Shown: in pieces, positions 10,292 to 22,437 of the stretch | Layout of the letters: each line of letters opens with the position of its first letter | How positions within the stretch are numbered: position 1 is the stretch's first letter | From: Alloascoidea hylecoeti | Lineage: Eukaryota | DNA length: 64,000 nt | Assembly (NCBI GenBank): GCA_001600815.1 | Contig: BCKZ01000019.1 | Span: 311,981 to 375,980 of the forward strand | Direction of reading: 5' to 3' | Notes under the pieces: generated by a model | The model's database searches: none | Told to the model about the DNA's origin: nothing | What the model saw: the letters and a program-made list of their open reading frames with translations, nothing else | Position numbers and translations under genes: made by a program

Positions 10292-12292
10292 ATGTCCGCA
10301 TCCAACAATCTTCCAAAAGTAGCTGAGGCCCATCATGCTCAGACATTATATGCTCCAAAAAACTTCCATAGAGATCATCCAGGTTTCGCCCATCTTCAGT
10401 CCTTCGATCAATATAAAGAAATGTATAAACAATCAATTGATGATCCTGATACTTTTTTTGGAAAACAGGCAAGAGAATTATTATCCTGGTCAAGAGATTT
10501 CAAAACTGTTCATAATGGTGGTTTTAAATATGGTGATTTCTCTTGGTTTATTGAAGGTCAATTAAATGCTTCCTATAATTGTGTTGATAGGCATGCTTTT
10601 GCAAATCCTGATAAAGTCGCTATAATTTATGAGGCTGACGAACCAGGTCAAGGTAGAAATGTAACATACGGTGAATTATTACGTGAAGTTTCAAAAGTTG
10701 CTAATGTTTTGGCAAGTTTTGGTGTTAAAAAAGGTGATACAGTTGCTGTTTATTTGCCAATGATTCCTGAAACTTTAATCACTTTATTAGCAATTGTTAG
10801 ATTAGGTGCTATACATTCTGTTGTATTTGCTGGGTTTTCTGCTGGTAGTTTAAGAGATCGAATTTTAAATGGTGATTCAAAAGTTGTTATAACAACTGAT
10901 GAATCAAAACGTGGTGGTAAAACAATTGATACAAAAAAAATTGTTGATGAAGCTTTAAAACAATGTCCAAATGTTAAAAATGTTTTAGTTTATAAAAGAA
11001 CTGGTAATCCAATTCCATGGAATAAAGAAAGAGATTTTTGGTGGCATGAACAAGTTGAAAATCAAAGACCCTATTGTCCTCCTGTTCCAGTTAATTCTGA
11101 AGATCCAATTTTCTTATTATATACTTCTGGTTCAACTGGTACTCCAAAAGGTGTTGTTCATGCAACTGGTGGTTATTTATTAGGTGCTGCTTTAACTGCA
11201 AAATATACGTTTGATTTGCACAAAGATGATAAATTATTTACTGCTGGTGATGTTGGTTGGATTACTGGTCATACTTATTGTCTTTATGGTCCTTTATTAT
11301 TAGGTGCAACTTCTGTTGTTTTTGAAGGTACTCCTGCTTATCCTAATTTTTCAAGATATTGGGATATTATTGATGAACATAAAATAACTCAATTTTATGT
11401 TGCTCCAACTGCTCTAAGGCTTTTAAAAAGAGCTGGTGAAAAATATATTCATCATGATTTATCTTCATTAAGAGTTTTAGGTTCTGTTGGTGAACCATGT
11501 GCTCCTGAAGTTTGGTTATGGTATGAGCAAAACATTGGTAAAGGTAATTGTCATATTTGTGATACTTATTGGCAAACAGAAACTGGTTCTCATATTATTA
11601 CACCATTAGCTGGTTCAAGTCCAATGAAACCAGGTTCTGCTTCATTTCCATTTTTTGGTATTGATGCAATGATTATTGATCCTGTTTCTGGTGAAGAATT
11701 AGAAGGTAATGATGTTGAAGGTATTTTAGCAATTAGAAAACCATGGCCATCAATGGCTAGAACTGTTTGGGGTGATCATTCAAGATTTTTAGATATTTAT
11801 TTAAAACCTTATGCTCCTTATTATTTCACAGGTGATGGAGCTGCAAGAGATCATGAAGGTTTTTATTGGATTAGAGGTAGAGTTGATGATGTTGTAAATG
11901 TTTCAGGTCATAGATTATCAACTGCTGAAATTGAAGCAGCATTATTGGAACATCCATTAGTTGCAGAATCAGCTGTTGTTGGAATTCATGATGATTTAAC
12001 TGGTCAAGCAGTAAATGCTTTTGTATCATTAAAAAAGAAACCTGAAAGTATATCAATGATTAAAAAAGAATTAATTATAACTGTTAGAACTGAAATTGGT
12101 CCCTTTGCTTCACCAAGGAAAATTTTATTAGTTGATGATTTACCAAAAACAAGATCTGGTAAAATTATGAGAAGAATTTTAAGAAAAGTTTTAAGTGGTG
12201 AAGAAGATCAATTAGGTGATATTAGTACTTTAAGTAATCCTGCAATTGTTGAACATATTGTTGATGTTGTTCATGCTTCTGAACAACGTTAA
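10292..12292 (+). CDS. ACS2: Acetyl-CoA synthetase (AMP-forming)
   Basis: [58 protein letters not shown] motifs. ACS2-like by N-terminus; paralogue call tentative. Confidence 0.95.
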   Translation: MSASNNLPKVAEAHHAQTLYAPKNFHRDHPGFAHLQSFDQYKEMYKQSIDDPDTFFGKQARELLSWSRDFKTVHNGGFKYGDFSWFIEGQLNASYNCVDRHAFANPDKVAIIYEADEPGQGRNVTYGELLREVSKVANVLASFGVKKGDTVAVYLPMIPETLITLLAIVRLGAIHSVVFAGFSAGSLRDRILNGDSKVVITTDESKRGGKTIDTKKIVDEALKQCPNVKNVLVYKRTGNPIPWNKERDFWWHEQVENQRPYCPPVPVNSEDPIFLLYTSGSTGTPKGVVHATGGYLLGAALTAKYTFDLHKDDKLFTAGDVGWITGHTYCLYGPLLLGATSVVFEGTPAYPNFSRYWDIIDEHKITQFYVAPTALRLLKRAGEKYIHHDLSSLRVLGSVGEPCAPEVWLWYEQNIGKGNCHICDTYWQTETGSHIITPLAGSSPMKPGSASFPFFGIDAMIIDPVSGEELEGNDVEGILAIRKPWPSMARTVWGDHSRFLDIYLKPYAPYYFTGDGAARDHEGFYWIRGRVDDVVNVSGHRLSTAEIEAALLEHPLVAESAVVGIHDDLTGQAVNAFVSLKKKPESISMIKKELIITVRTEIGPFASPRKILLVDDLPKTRSGKIMRRILRKVLSGEEDQLGDISTLSNPAIVEHIVDVVHASEQR

Positions 12293-12937
12293 TAATGTTA
12301 ATTATGATAGTTTGTTTTTATTGATTTTAGTTTAAAATGAAATTGATTCCGTTAATTGTACAACACTGTAGATATCAAGTATTAATAAATAAAATCAATT
12401 GAACATGTTGCTCTTATTGTTTAGCTTTACTTGTTAATAAATTGTTATACTTTGAACCCCACCTCCATTAGTTACGACTCAATAAAACTCAATCTTACAA
12501 TTGAAATTGTTTATTTTAATTAAAAGTGTCCATTGAACGATGAATTGTCATCGACAAACATCTTATAATTATTATTGCTAATTAAATATAAATTGCGTAA
12601 TATCAATTGATTTTGAAGTAGCAATTCTATAGTTATGCCAGCTACGGTTAGCATATCGGGACTAACCGCGGTTAAGTTAAACATAATAAAATACTGATGA
12701 TTTTACAGTATGGTCTACACAACATATTAATATTAGTAGTAATTATAAAATATAAATCTAAATTCTTATAATATAATCATCAAAAATAAAAAACTAAATA
12801 GTATAATCTAATAATAAATAAATAGAATAAATAAATGAAAATAAATAAATAAAGGCAGTTGTAATAAATCTCTTTAAATTTTTTTTAATTATAAATTTCA
12901 TTTGTCAGGACAATCGAATAATATTAATAATTAAGAC

Positions 12938-14721
12938 TTAGAAAGCCTCTAAAACTCTAAGAGTATTAGTATGTCCAAGACCTTTTGTCCATCCTTGAAC
13001 AGCAACGACAGCATCACCTTTATTTAAAATTCCTAAATTAACAGCTTCAGAAATCCCCCAAGATAATCTTTCTTCAACATCTTGTTGCCAAAATTCAGCT
13101 TCAACAGGTTGACGATCATAAATAAATGGATAAACACCACGATATAAATGAGAATATCTTGCTGACTTTTTATTTCTTGTAATCATAATTATTGGACATT
13201 TTGGTCTATATTTTGAACAAAGTCTTGCTGTTGTACCAGAAGTTGATAAAACAATAATTGCTTTTGCATCTTGTTCAAATGATGCAGATACAGCAGAGGC
13301 AGCAATTGTTTCAACAGTTTCCGTTGGTCTAACAGCCAATTGCTTAATTTCATTAAAAATTGAACCATAAGCTAAAGCTTTTTCAGCAGTAATACAAGTA
13401 TCATGCATCATATTAACAGCTTCTTTTGGATAATTACCTTTAGCAGTTTCACCAGATAACATAACACAATCAGCACCATCCAAAACAGCATTACCAACAT
13501 CTGAAACTTCAGCTCTTGTTGGTCTTGGATTATAAGTCATTGATTCTAACATTTGTGTTGCACAAATAACTGGTTTACCAGCTAAATTACATTTTGCAAT
13601 TAATTGTTTTTGAACAACAAAGACTTCATAAGCAGGTATTTCAATACCTAAATCACCTCTTGCAACCATAACACCATCAGTTTCTTTTAAAATATCATCA
13701 AAATTATTAACACCTTGTTGATTTTCAATTTTTGCAATAATTTGAATTTCTTTACCTTCTTCTCCTAAAACTTTTCTAATTTCTTTAATATCATTACCAG
13801 TTCTAATAAATGACGCAAAAATCATATTAACATTATTTTCAACACCAAATCTTAAATCAGCTTTATCCTTTTCTGATAAAGCAGGTAAATCAACATCAGT
13901 ATTTGGCAAATTAACACCTTTATGTGAACAAATTTTACCAGAATTAATTGAAATAACTTTTAATGTTTTTGAATCAGTTACTTCAATAACTCTAAATGAT
14001 AAAACACCATCATCAATAAAAATAATTTTACCAACTGATATAACATTTGTTATATTTTTATAATCAATATACATAATTTTATCATTTGATTTTGTTTTAA
14101 ATTCATCATCAGTTGTAAAAATCATTTCATGATTTGCACTAATTGGATAATCAATATCTCCATCTGTTGTACCTGTTCTAATTTCTGGACCTTTTGTATC
14201 AAGTGCAATTGCTAATGGACGACCAGGATATAATTTTTCTGATTCTCTTGCATTATCAATAACTGATTTATGATAGTCATATGAACCATGGGAAAAATTC
14301 ATACGAACAATATTAAGTCCAGCTAATAAAAAAATAATTAATGTTAATAAATTTAATTATTTTTTTCATTATTTAATAATTTTAATAATTACCTTTTCGT
14401 AAAGTTACTAAAACTTCAGCATTGTTTGTTTTTGGACCTATCAATTAAAACGATTAAAAGAAAGTTAGTATTAAAATTTAATACCATTGATGAACTTCAT
14501 TATCCAAAATCAAATTATTTGCAACATTTTTCTGAATAAAATCATTATTTTTTAAAAAATGTAAATTATAAAAATTTGCATTATTTTTGAAGCACGTTTT
14601 CACTAACAACAAAATGCAAAACAATAACTTTTCATCGATAAGGAATAAAAAAGCAATAGAAAGAAATATTATATATTCTTAAGCCACGTTTTATCATTTT
14701 GTTTTGTCAAAAGTTCAAACT

Positions 14722-14752
<31 letters not shown>

Positions 14753-14990
14753 CTCTTATCGGGAGCAATTGTGATTAGGACCAGACAAGGAACAAGGAAC
14801 CTCATCACACTAAACGGAAAATTCATGCATCGGCAATTGAAACAAAGGGATTCGAAATAACGAGATATGTAATGGAATCATATAAAGAAAGTGAATACAT
14901 ACCAATTGTTCCAATAATTGAAGTTCGACGATAACTTGCTTGTGGTCTATCTCTTAAGTCAAAAGTAGAAAGCCAATGAAGTTTAGACAT
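12938..14990 (-). CDS. CDC19: Pyruvate kinase. Exons 14990-14903, 14437-14393, 14322-12938
   Basis: MSKLHWLS...[70 protein letters not shown]. Introns 14438-14902 (GTATGT..TACTAAC..TAG) and 14323-14392 (GTAATT..TAG). Confidence 0.97.
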
Positions 14991-15396
14991 TGTTTATAAT
15001 ATTGAAAATTTCTAGTTAATTGTAGTTTCAAAGATCAATTAATATAATCTGTTGTTTAATTCTTAAATATTTTTCAAAAATAATAAGAACGAAAAAGTAT
15101 TAATTATAAAGAAAGAAAAGAAAATCAAAAAAAAAAGATTAATTTATAATTTAAAGAAGGTTGAAGAAAAATTTAAAATTAGAAGGATTGACAAACAAAA
15201 AAATATTGAAAATTACGTAGACAAAACTCAAAATTAAAACACAATCAATATTGAAATTATTTATATACTTATCAGGATATCCTTTCTCCTCGAAGATTCT
15301 TTATAAACATATTTATATTCAATCTCTTATATTTTTCTATCTTTTGATCCTTTTTTTATCGTGAAAATTGATGACTAATTTGGACAATGCATATAG

Positions 15397-15403
15397 CACG
15401 TGA
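15397..15403 (-). promoter_or_regulatory. TCACGTG E-box (Tye7/Cbf1-type) about 410 bp upstream of pyruvate kinase
   Basis: ATCACGTGC on the minus strand. The bHLH factor Tye7 is an established glycolytic activator in yeasts. Confidence 0.4.
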
Positions 15404-18400
15404 TATCATTACTGTATTGGATTCGTGCGTAAAAGCAATGTATTTCGCTTCAAAATTGTACATAACAGTAGGGTGGTAGTTCGTTTGAAATAATAATAGG
15501 CAAATATTGATGTCTAATGTTAGCGATACAGCTTAGAAAAAGAAATAATTGGTATTTTTTTATAATTATAAACATAGAATGTTGCAGCTGGTAAGAAATT
15601 ATAATCGAAGGAGTCATCGTAAGATTTGTTAATAGCTAGTAGCATAATTTATATTATACAAATCAGAACTACGTTAAAAAAAGATGTGTTGAATTCACCA
15701 AAAACTTCTAAATCTAAACTTGCAACTGAATTTGTAGGTACCTGTCAAAAGTAACTAAAGGTTAGCTTTGAGTTTTAATCAAGAGTTATATTTGATTTAG
15801 TATCGAGATCTTGATCAATTTCTTTTTATTTACTTTACCTAGAGAGCACTCTATAACGAGAAGGAAGTTGAACATGATTAAAGTGTTTACAATCTAGTTG
15901 ATATATATTTGAAGGGTAGTGTTAAATACGCTAAGGCTTTTCAATAAAGGCTGGTATTGGCCATATTTTGTTTTACCTAAAGATGGCCAAAATTAAGTAA
16001 GATTACTGGCCGAATAATTAGCTTAATAAATGCTCGAACTTCAATGTAACATGTGGCCGAATACATAATACAAGTGAACAGTGATCAATTCATCATGTGT
16101 GAATTATATTATATTCTGAAAATGCATCGCTTTGTTGTAATCACACATAATAATTTCACTTTATATTTTTGTAAATTAGAATTATACAGTTAAAGTATCA
16201 ATTGCTTTATCTGAATTTTCCAATTGTTATAAGCGCATACGACGCATTCACTATTTAGTGAATAAATCTTATGTATTTAATTGTAACCTTAACTGATTAA
16301 AAATCGATATATGGAACCATGGATGCAGTAGTAAATCCGGTGTTGTTGAAACAAAAAAATTTCAAAATTACTTACTCGCCAACCTACACCAATTGCCATC
16401 AGAGAGATAAGAGAATATGTGTGTAAATATATTGCTATAACTTGCTCTAGCTATATTAATATTCTACAATAATCTTAATGACCATCAAACGATAAAAGGG
16501 CGGATAGGCGTTGAAATCCGTTCTAGACCCTCAATATTAATCATGGGTATTAAATTATACTAAACCCGCTATTTTAATATTATCTTTAAATAATCTACAA
16601 AAGATTATGCTTAATTATAGTTTATACATTTACCGGTTCTATTCGTTTAAAACTTTCGATTGAATTACACAACAACTGGGAGAAACGATGGTATTATTGG
16701 CTCTCCATAACCGGGAACATTATGATTATTAACTAATATTTATATACTCAATTCAGCTATCATTGAAAATCGATTGTTTCACTTCTTCTCCCGATTACTA
16801 GAAATGTCCATGTACGGTATATATGAAACAGTGATCAATATCTTATACTAGCTAGTTATTATTATATTTTTAATTAAGAAACTCTAGAATGACAGATCTG
16901 TAAGTTCAAATGTAGCTGCATAGATCTCTTAAGCTTCCTAAAAGTTATTCCAACAGAATTCTCCTTCCGAAACACATATCGCGTTCCTTTTTCTGAAGTG
17001 TTCATCCTTAAAGTTGACCTAAACACTTGCCAGGTTCCCAGGTTCGGAAAAATCAATTATCTTCCTCCTGAACAAACTTACAGTAAATTTAATACTATGC
17101 TATGATGCATAGTATTATTATATTATTTAATGTAAGTTCTTATTTCTTTTCTCACGTTATCAGTTGCCAATAGATCTCACGAACAATATTCACCTTTGCG
17201 ATTGATTATAGGTCTAGACTTCATTATCAATTGACTTCGCTAATGTTATCATTATCAAAGTTATATTTACGATTGCACAATATTAATGCACATATTTTTA
17301 ACAACCCTAGTATTAAATACACCTATAATTTAGATCAGAATGAAAACATGTTAATTATCACAATCAGTTGTAGATTTACTGTGTGTATACTTAACGTTAT
17401 ATAACCATGGTTCTTGTAATCGATATATAATTATTAATAAATATAGATACCATGTTCGTATCTAATATTGAGACTCTTGGGAGGTACTTATTTTTGATCA
17501 TGAATCATGATCGTAAGTTGTAATGTTGAAAGAATTGATAAGATTTTTTATAAAAAAGTTTATAATTACTCTGAGAACGTTCAGGTCAGATTATGCAACC
17601 TAGTTCTCACAAAACTACTTATATATATGATTAGTGTTATAATTAGCTAGGGGGTCCAGGCCAGCTGCAGATATATAGAACTATTAATGTATATAAATAG
17701 CTTGTTTCATTTTATTTTCAATCTCCGATTGCAAAATTTTTAAATTTGGATGTGGATAATCACTGGATATCATATGAATTGTTGCAATTGTTTAAAACTC
17801 AGGTACTTAATTATAAGACAATATAATATGCCAATGGTACTAAATGGATAATTTTTTATTATTTCAATTTATTTGCATGCTCTCCTCTGCAGAAGATTCC
17901 TTGTTGCACACCGTAATACAATATTACGAATATACTTACCTAGGTTTTTTATATAATTATAACTTTATATAAGAGTCAAGACCCAAGACTATTCAAATTG
18001 GCAGTATCTAATTCTTCGTAAATAGTTATAACTTATAATAGTATAATTATTTATAAGTTCATATGTTTTTGAAATTTTCATGTATTTAATATGATAACCA
18101 CTTTCATCTCTAATTTCAATGCTACATATATATATATTGATGTTATAAAATCAAATCTTTGAGTGTATGTAAAATTGTAAATACTGGCATGCCGAACAAC
18201 GGTATATTTCTATTTAAATACGGCTACTTATTTTGAAACATTTCAATCTGATCGATGATTAATAATATACGAGTATTGGTATACTTAATTAATACATAAT
18301 TAACGCTTATAACATTATAATTATCATAAGATCTTTTTTTTCATTTGAACATTAATTGTACTATTAAAGCTAGCTAACGTATACCTTTATAGGGGTAAAT

Positions 18401-20267
18401 TAATATAATTAATAGCTATTTAGATCTATTAACAACCGCCCCACAATACTTCACAAAATTTTATGTTGTAATTAGTTAGTGACAATTATTTTCGAAGAAG
18501 TCACTATTGTACCATTAAACAAAATGAGACAATTGTAATAATTGCGTGGGGATATTACTGCATCATTTTAATATAGATAAACCCTGAAGTAGGGCTAAAT
18601 ATATCATTGATTCATTATAACCGTTTTAATAGTAACATTTTAGCCCTAAATTTCATTAGTAGCCTTAACAAACTTTATAATCAAAATTACACTAGAGTCA
18701 AGAGAGCTAATGTTTAACTTAAAGAGTTATAATATAATTGAAATTGTAACTGAAATGCATAAATCTAAAATCATCTAATAATATTGTTAACATATTACAT
18801 TTATAGGTCATATCTGATTAATTTCTCTTAATTATGAGTCTTATCTTAAAATAAGTTCAGGCAATCATACTTGTGACAATTAATATTATAAATAAACACA
18901 ACTCTATATTTTATTCATACGCGTGGTACAAAAATCCCCTTTGCGATTATTCAATTCTTATTCATCACTACCCTTTTTTGTTTATATATAAGAGTTGTCA
19001 TAATTATAACAATTGGTAGAATATATATGTCATGCAAGTGAAGTTAAATTAGTTAAATAATAGACGTTTTTAAAGCTTTGAGTTCACAAACATCATCAAT
19101 ATTTGTAAGATTAATTAATTAATGTCGATAAATGGAATAATAGTGTACGATGTATATTTATAGGATTTGTAAAAATAACATAAATAACTTTGAATGTTAT
19201 TGTTTACGGCCAATTCAATTGCAGTTTCAGCGCTAACAACTACCATATATAAAAGTTGCAATTGTTTAATCTTAAGTTTAATGATCTGAAGATAACCACA
19301 ATTTAATGTTATAAGTGATGATCGAAATGAGCCCAGAAATAAAAAGCATTGATATTACCATCTGATGATCTATATTTATGACACCATCGATATCTATCCT
19401 CCACTATCATACGGACCAAGTTACAATAATTATAAATCTTGAAAAATTGCAACACCATTAAATATTAAATTAAAACCTCTACAGATCAATTAAAAGAAAA
19501 CATAAACATAATATTCAAGCTTAAAAAGGTAATCTAAATATAAAATAAATAGCTATTATAAAAAATATGATTTAAAACAAACATACGTATCTTCTTATAT
19601 GTTTTATCCTGTTTTGTTTTGTTAGATTTCCAATCCATAATTATTCTAATCAATTTAATTTATAAATATTTTGTAATTTTTATAGCTTTAGTAAAAAAAG
19701 AACTTTAGTTAATTATAATAATTATAAGAAAATCCCGATATATAGTTAATAAAAACAAATAAATAATGGAAATGAAATGCAAAATAAGTACTAGTCTTTC
19801 TAATATTAAAAATTTCTCATGATACGATATCATAATCGATTTTATAATCTTAGATTTCAAAAATACAGAAATATAAATAGCAAATTTCATAAACGATAAA
19901 ATTGAATGTAATAATAAATATTGGATCAATGAGACAAAAAAATAACCAAGAATATTTTAAAAACATAAATAAAAACACATGAGAGAGAAAAAAAAACATT
20001 AAATAATTGCCAATCTTAGTTATCAGATCTGTAACCAATTCCAAAAGCCTTAAAAAAAAAGCTAGATAAATAACCTGGTAAATAAATGGCAGCGATTGTT
20101 TTTAGCTAACACGTTTTAATTTCGAATTCCTTATCATCGATCAGCCAATTACAATCAAAATTCCATAATCAGAAACCAGTGAGTGTCCGATTCCCCCGAT
20201 ACAAAACTTAAGTAAAATATAATTATAATGATCATGAATTCGATCTTTTAATTTTTTTATCTGTATT

Positions 20268-21008
20268 TTAAATATGCAAATGACTTAAATCATAATTACC
20301 ATACAATGACGAATATCCGTCATTTCTTAAATATGAGTTAAATTCATTATTATTTGTATTAATACCAGCATTAACAAGACCAAGACCAAACCCATTTGCA
20401 TTTGCATTTGTGATTCCACTATAATTATTCATATTTAATAATTGTTGTTGCTGTTCATAATTAGATAACATAATATTTTGTTGTAATTGATTTTTATAAG
20501 GCATAAAATTTAAACCTACATGACCATTATTACTATTATTCATATGATGGTAATTGTTATTGGAAGGATGTAAAATACTTTCATTCAAATCATTTATATC
20601 TAATTGATCATTTGTATTGTTTATAGTATTCATTGGATATATTGAAAGATTAGGATCAAATTGAATAGGTGTTCCGGTTTCAGAAGTTATTGTGGTTATA
20701 TTTGAAGTTTCAGAATTTGTTCTTCCTGAGTTACTAACATTGGAATTATTAATCAATGATAATTCAACTTGGTCTAAATCCATTACTGATGTGGTGAATG
20801 AGTCAGTTGTGGCTTGGGATGAATAGGATGATGGAAAACATAGCTCCTGTGAATTTGCTGTATTTGGTAACAATTGCTGTTGTTGTTGTTGGAAAGTTTG
20901 TGGCATTTCTGAAATCTGATTGAAATTTGGTTGCAATCTAGGTATATTTGAATCTTGGTATATCTGAGAATTTAAAAAATTTTGCTCTTGATTTAAAATT
21001 CCCGTAAA

Positions 21009-21040
<32 letters not shown>

Positions 21041-21067
21041 CATTATTATTATTATTATTATTATTAT

Positions 21068-21115
<48 letters not shown>

Positions 21116-22437
21116 GCATAGTAGTTATAGGATATTGATGACTCGAATTACTATTAGAATTCGTATAATTTGAAATATGATTACCTGGTGTTTTAATTGT
21201 ACCTGAAGAACCATGTTGTTGATTCCAAGTGTTAGTAACTGGTTGTGATGGGGGTGATGAAGAATGATCATGAATCATGAAATTATTAGATGATGAATCT
21301 TCACTATTTAATAAAATTGGTTGTTGTTGAGGAATATCAATGAATGTAGAGTTTGAACTTGAATTCGGATCAGAAAAATCTGAATCCGATCGGTATATAT
21401 CTGGAGGTTTAGAAGACATAATCGTAACTGATTGGGATCTGGATTGCTCTTGAGGTTCCAATTTTACCCTTTTAGAATTAAGATTATAATCATCTTGTTC
21501 GTGCTCGTGTTCTATATTAGAATTATTAATTGGCGAAGAAGAAGCAGTAGATGTAGATTGAAGCTTTTTCTTCTTTTCAGTATTTCGGACCCTAACTTTA
21601 CAACCAAGAGAAGCAATATCACGAATTATTTGAGGGGAAGATTCCAAACCAGGGAAATCTTTTGCACTATAAGCTTGAAATTTCGCTGAAATTAAAGAAG
21701 CTCTTTTAACAACTCTCGCATTACAGTGAGGAGGTTGAGAAGCATCCTTTTGAATGGTAGAAGAATATTTATAAACATCCAAATTTGAAATATCAGGTAA
21801 GAATTCAAATAAACTGAATTCAAATTTATAAGTACCTTCAGTTTTAACAGATATATCACCAAAGAAAAAATATGCTCTTGGATCCCCACCTTTCCAGATA
21901 ATGTTTGCAGATGTAACAGTTGTACCAAATATTAAATGTTTTGGATTCTGTTTCATTTGAAGAGTTTCAAGTTCCTTCCTTTTCGTTGGTTTTGATTTTT
22001 GCTTTTTTTGTTTTGGTTGACATGTAGAATTAGTTGTAGGTTCATCCAAGGGAATGATTTCAATTGTAAGGAAATAAGTTCCCATCGCCCGTGTAATTCT
22101 AAAAAAGCAGTTAGTCATGTAAGTATCAGCTGGTCTTAGCCAAGAACTAAATTAAACATTAACTCAAACCCATAAAACATGACACTTACACATTCTCACC
22201 CTTTGAACCATCCCGGTTTTTGCGAAACAGCTTCATCAGAATTACTGGCGGAGGATCCACAACGCGTCTTCCAGACAATTTCGATGCGTTGCTTGCCCTG
22301 GATCTGCATGGCTCCTGTACTATCTTCAAGTCATAGATAAGATCCTCAAAAGGAGTCGTAATGGTACAGTTCTTGTCAATGTCGTAATACGGAAGCCGTG
22401 ACAAATGATAATTTGGAGTTGCAGCAGAAGTGGCCAT
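20268..22437 (-). CDS. Velvet-domain regulator with long N/Q-rich C-terminus. Exons 22437-22190, 22098-20268
   Basis: YDLKIVQEPCRSRA...RRVVDPPPVI and YFFFGDISVKTEGTYKFEFSLFE...FQAYSAKDFPGL...GCKVRVR are velvet motifs. Intron 22099-22189 (GTAAGT..GACTAAC..TAG) joins the two ORFs in frame. Confidence 0.88.

Noticed and set aside
14488..14808. Box C/D snoRNA in pyruvate kinase intron 1
   Set aside because: The sense-strand GTGATGA has no suitably placed CTGA; the TGATGA..CTGA pair is antisense and too short.
17932..17942. ATACTTACCT, identical to the U1 snRNA 5' end
   Set aside because: Followed by AT-rich sequence with no U1 stem-loops or Sm site.
15000..20260. Hidden gene or point centromere in the 5-kb gap
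   Set aside because: Only short hairpins (e.g. TAGGGCTAAA/TTTAGCCCTA near 18592-18648) and short ORFs with no motifs; no CDEI-II-III arrangement seen.
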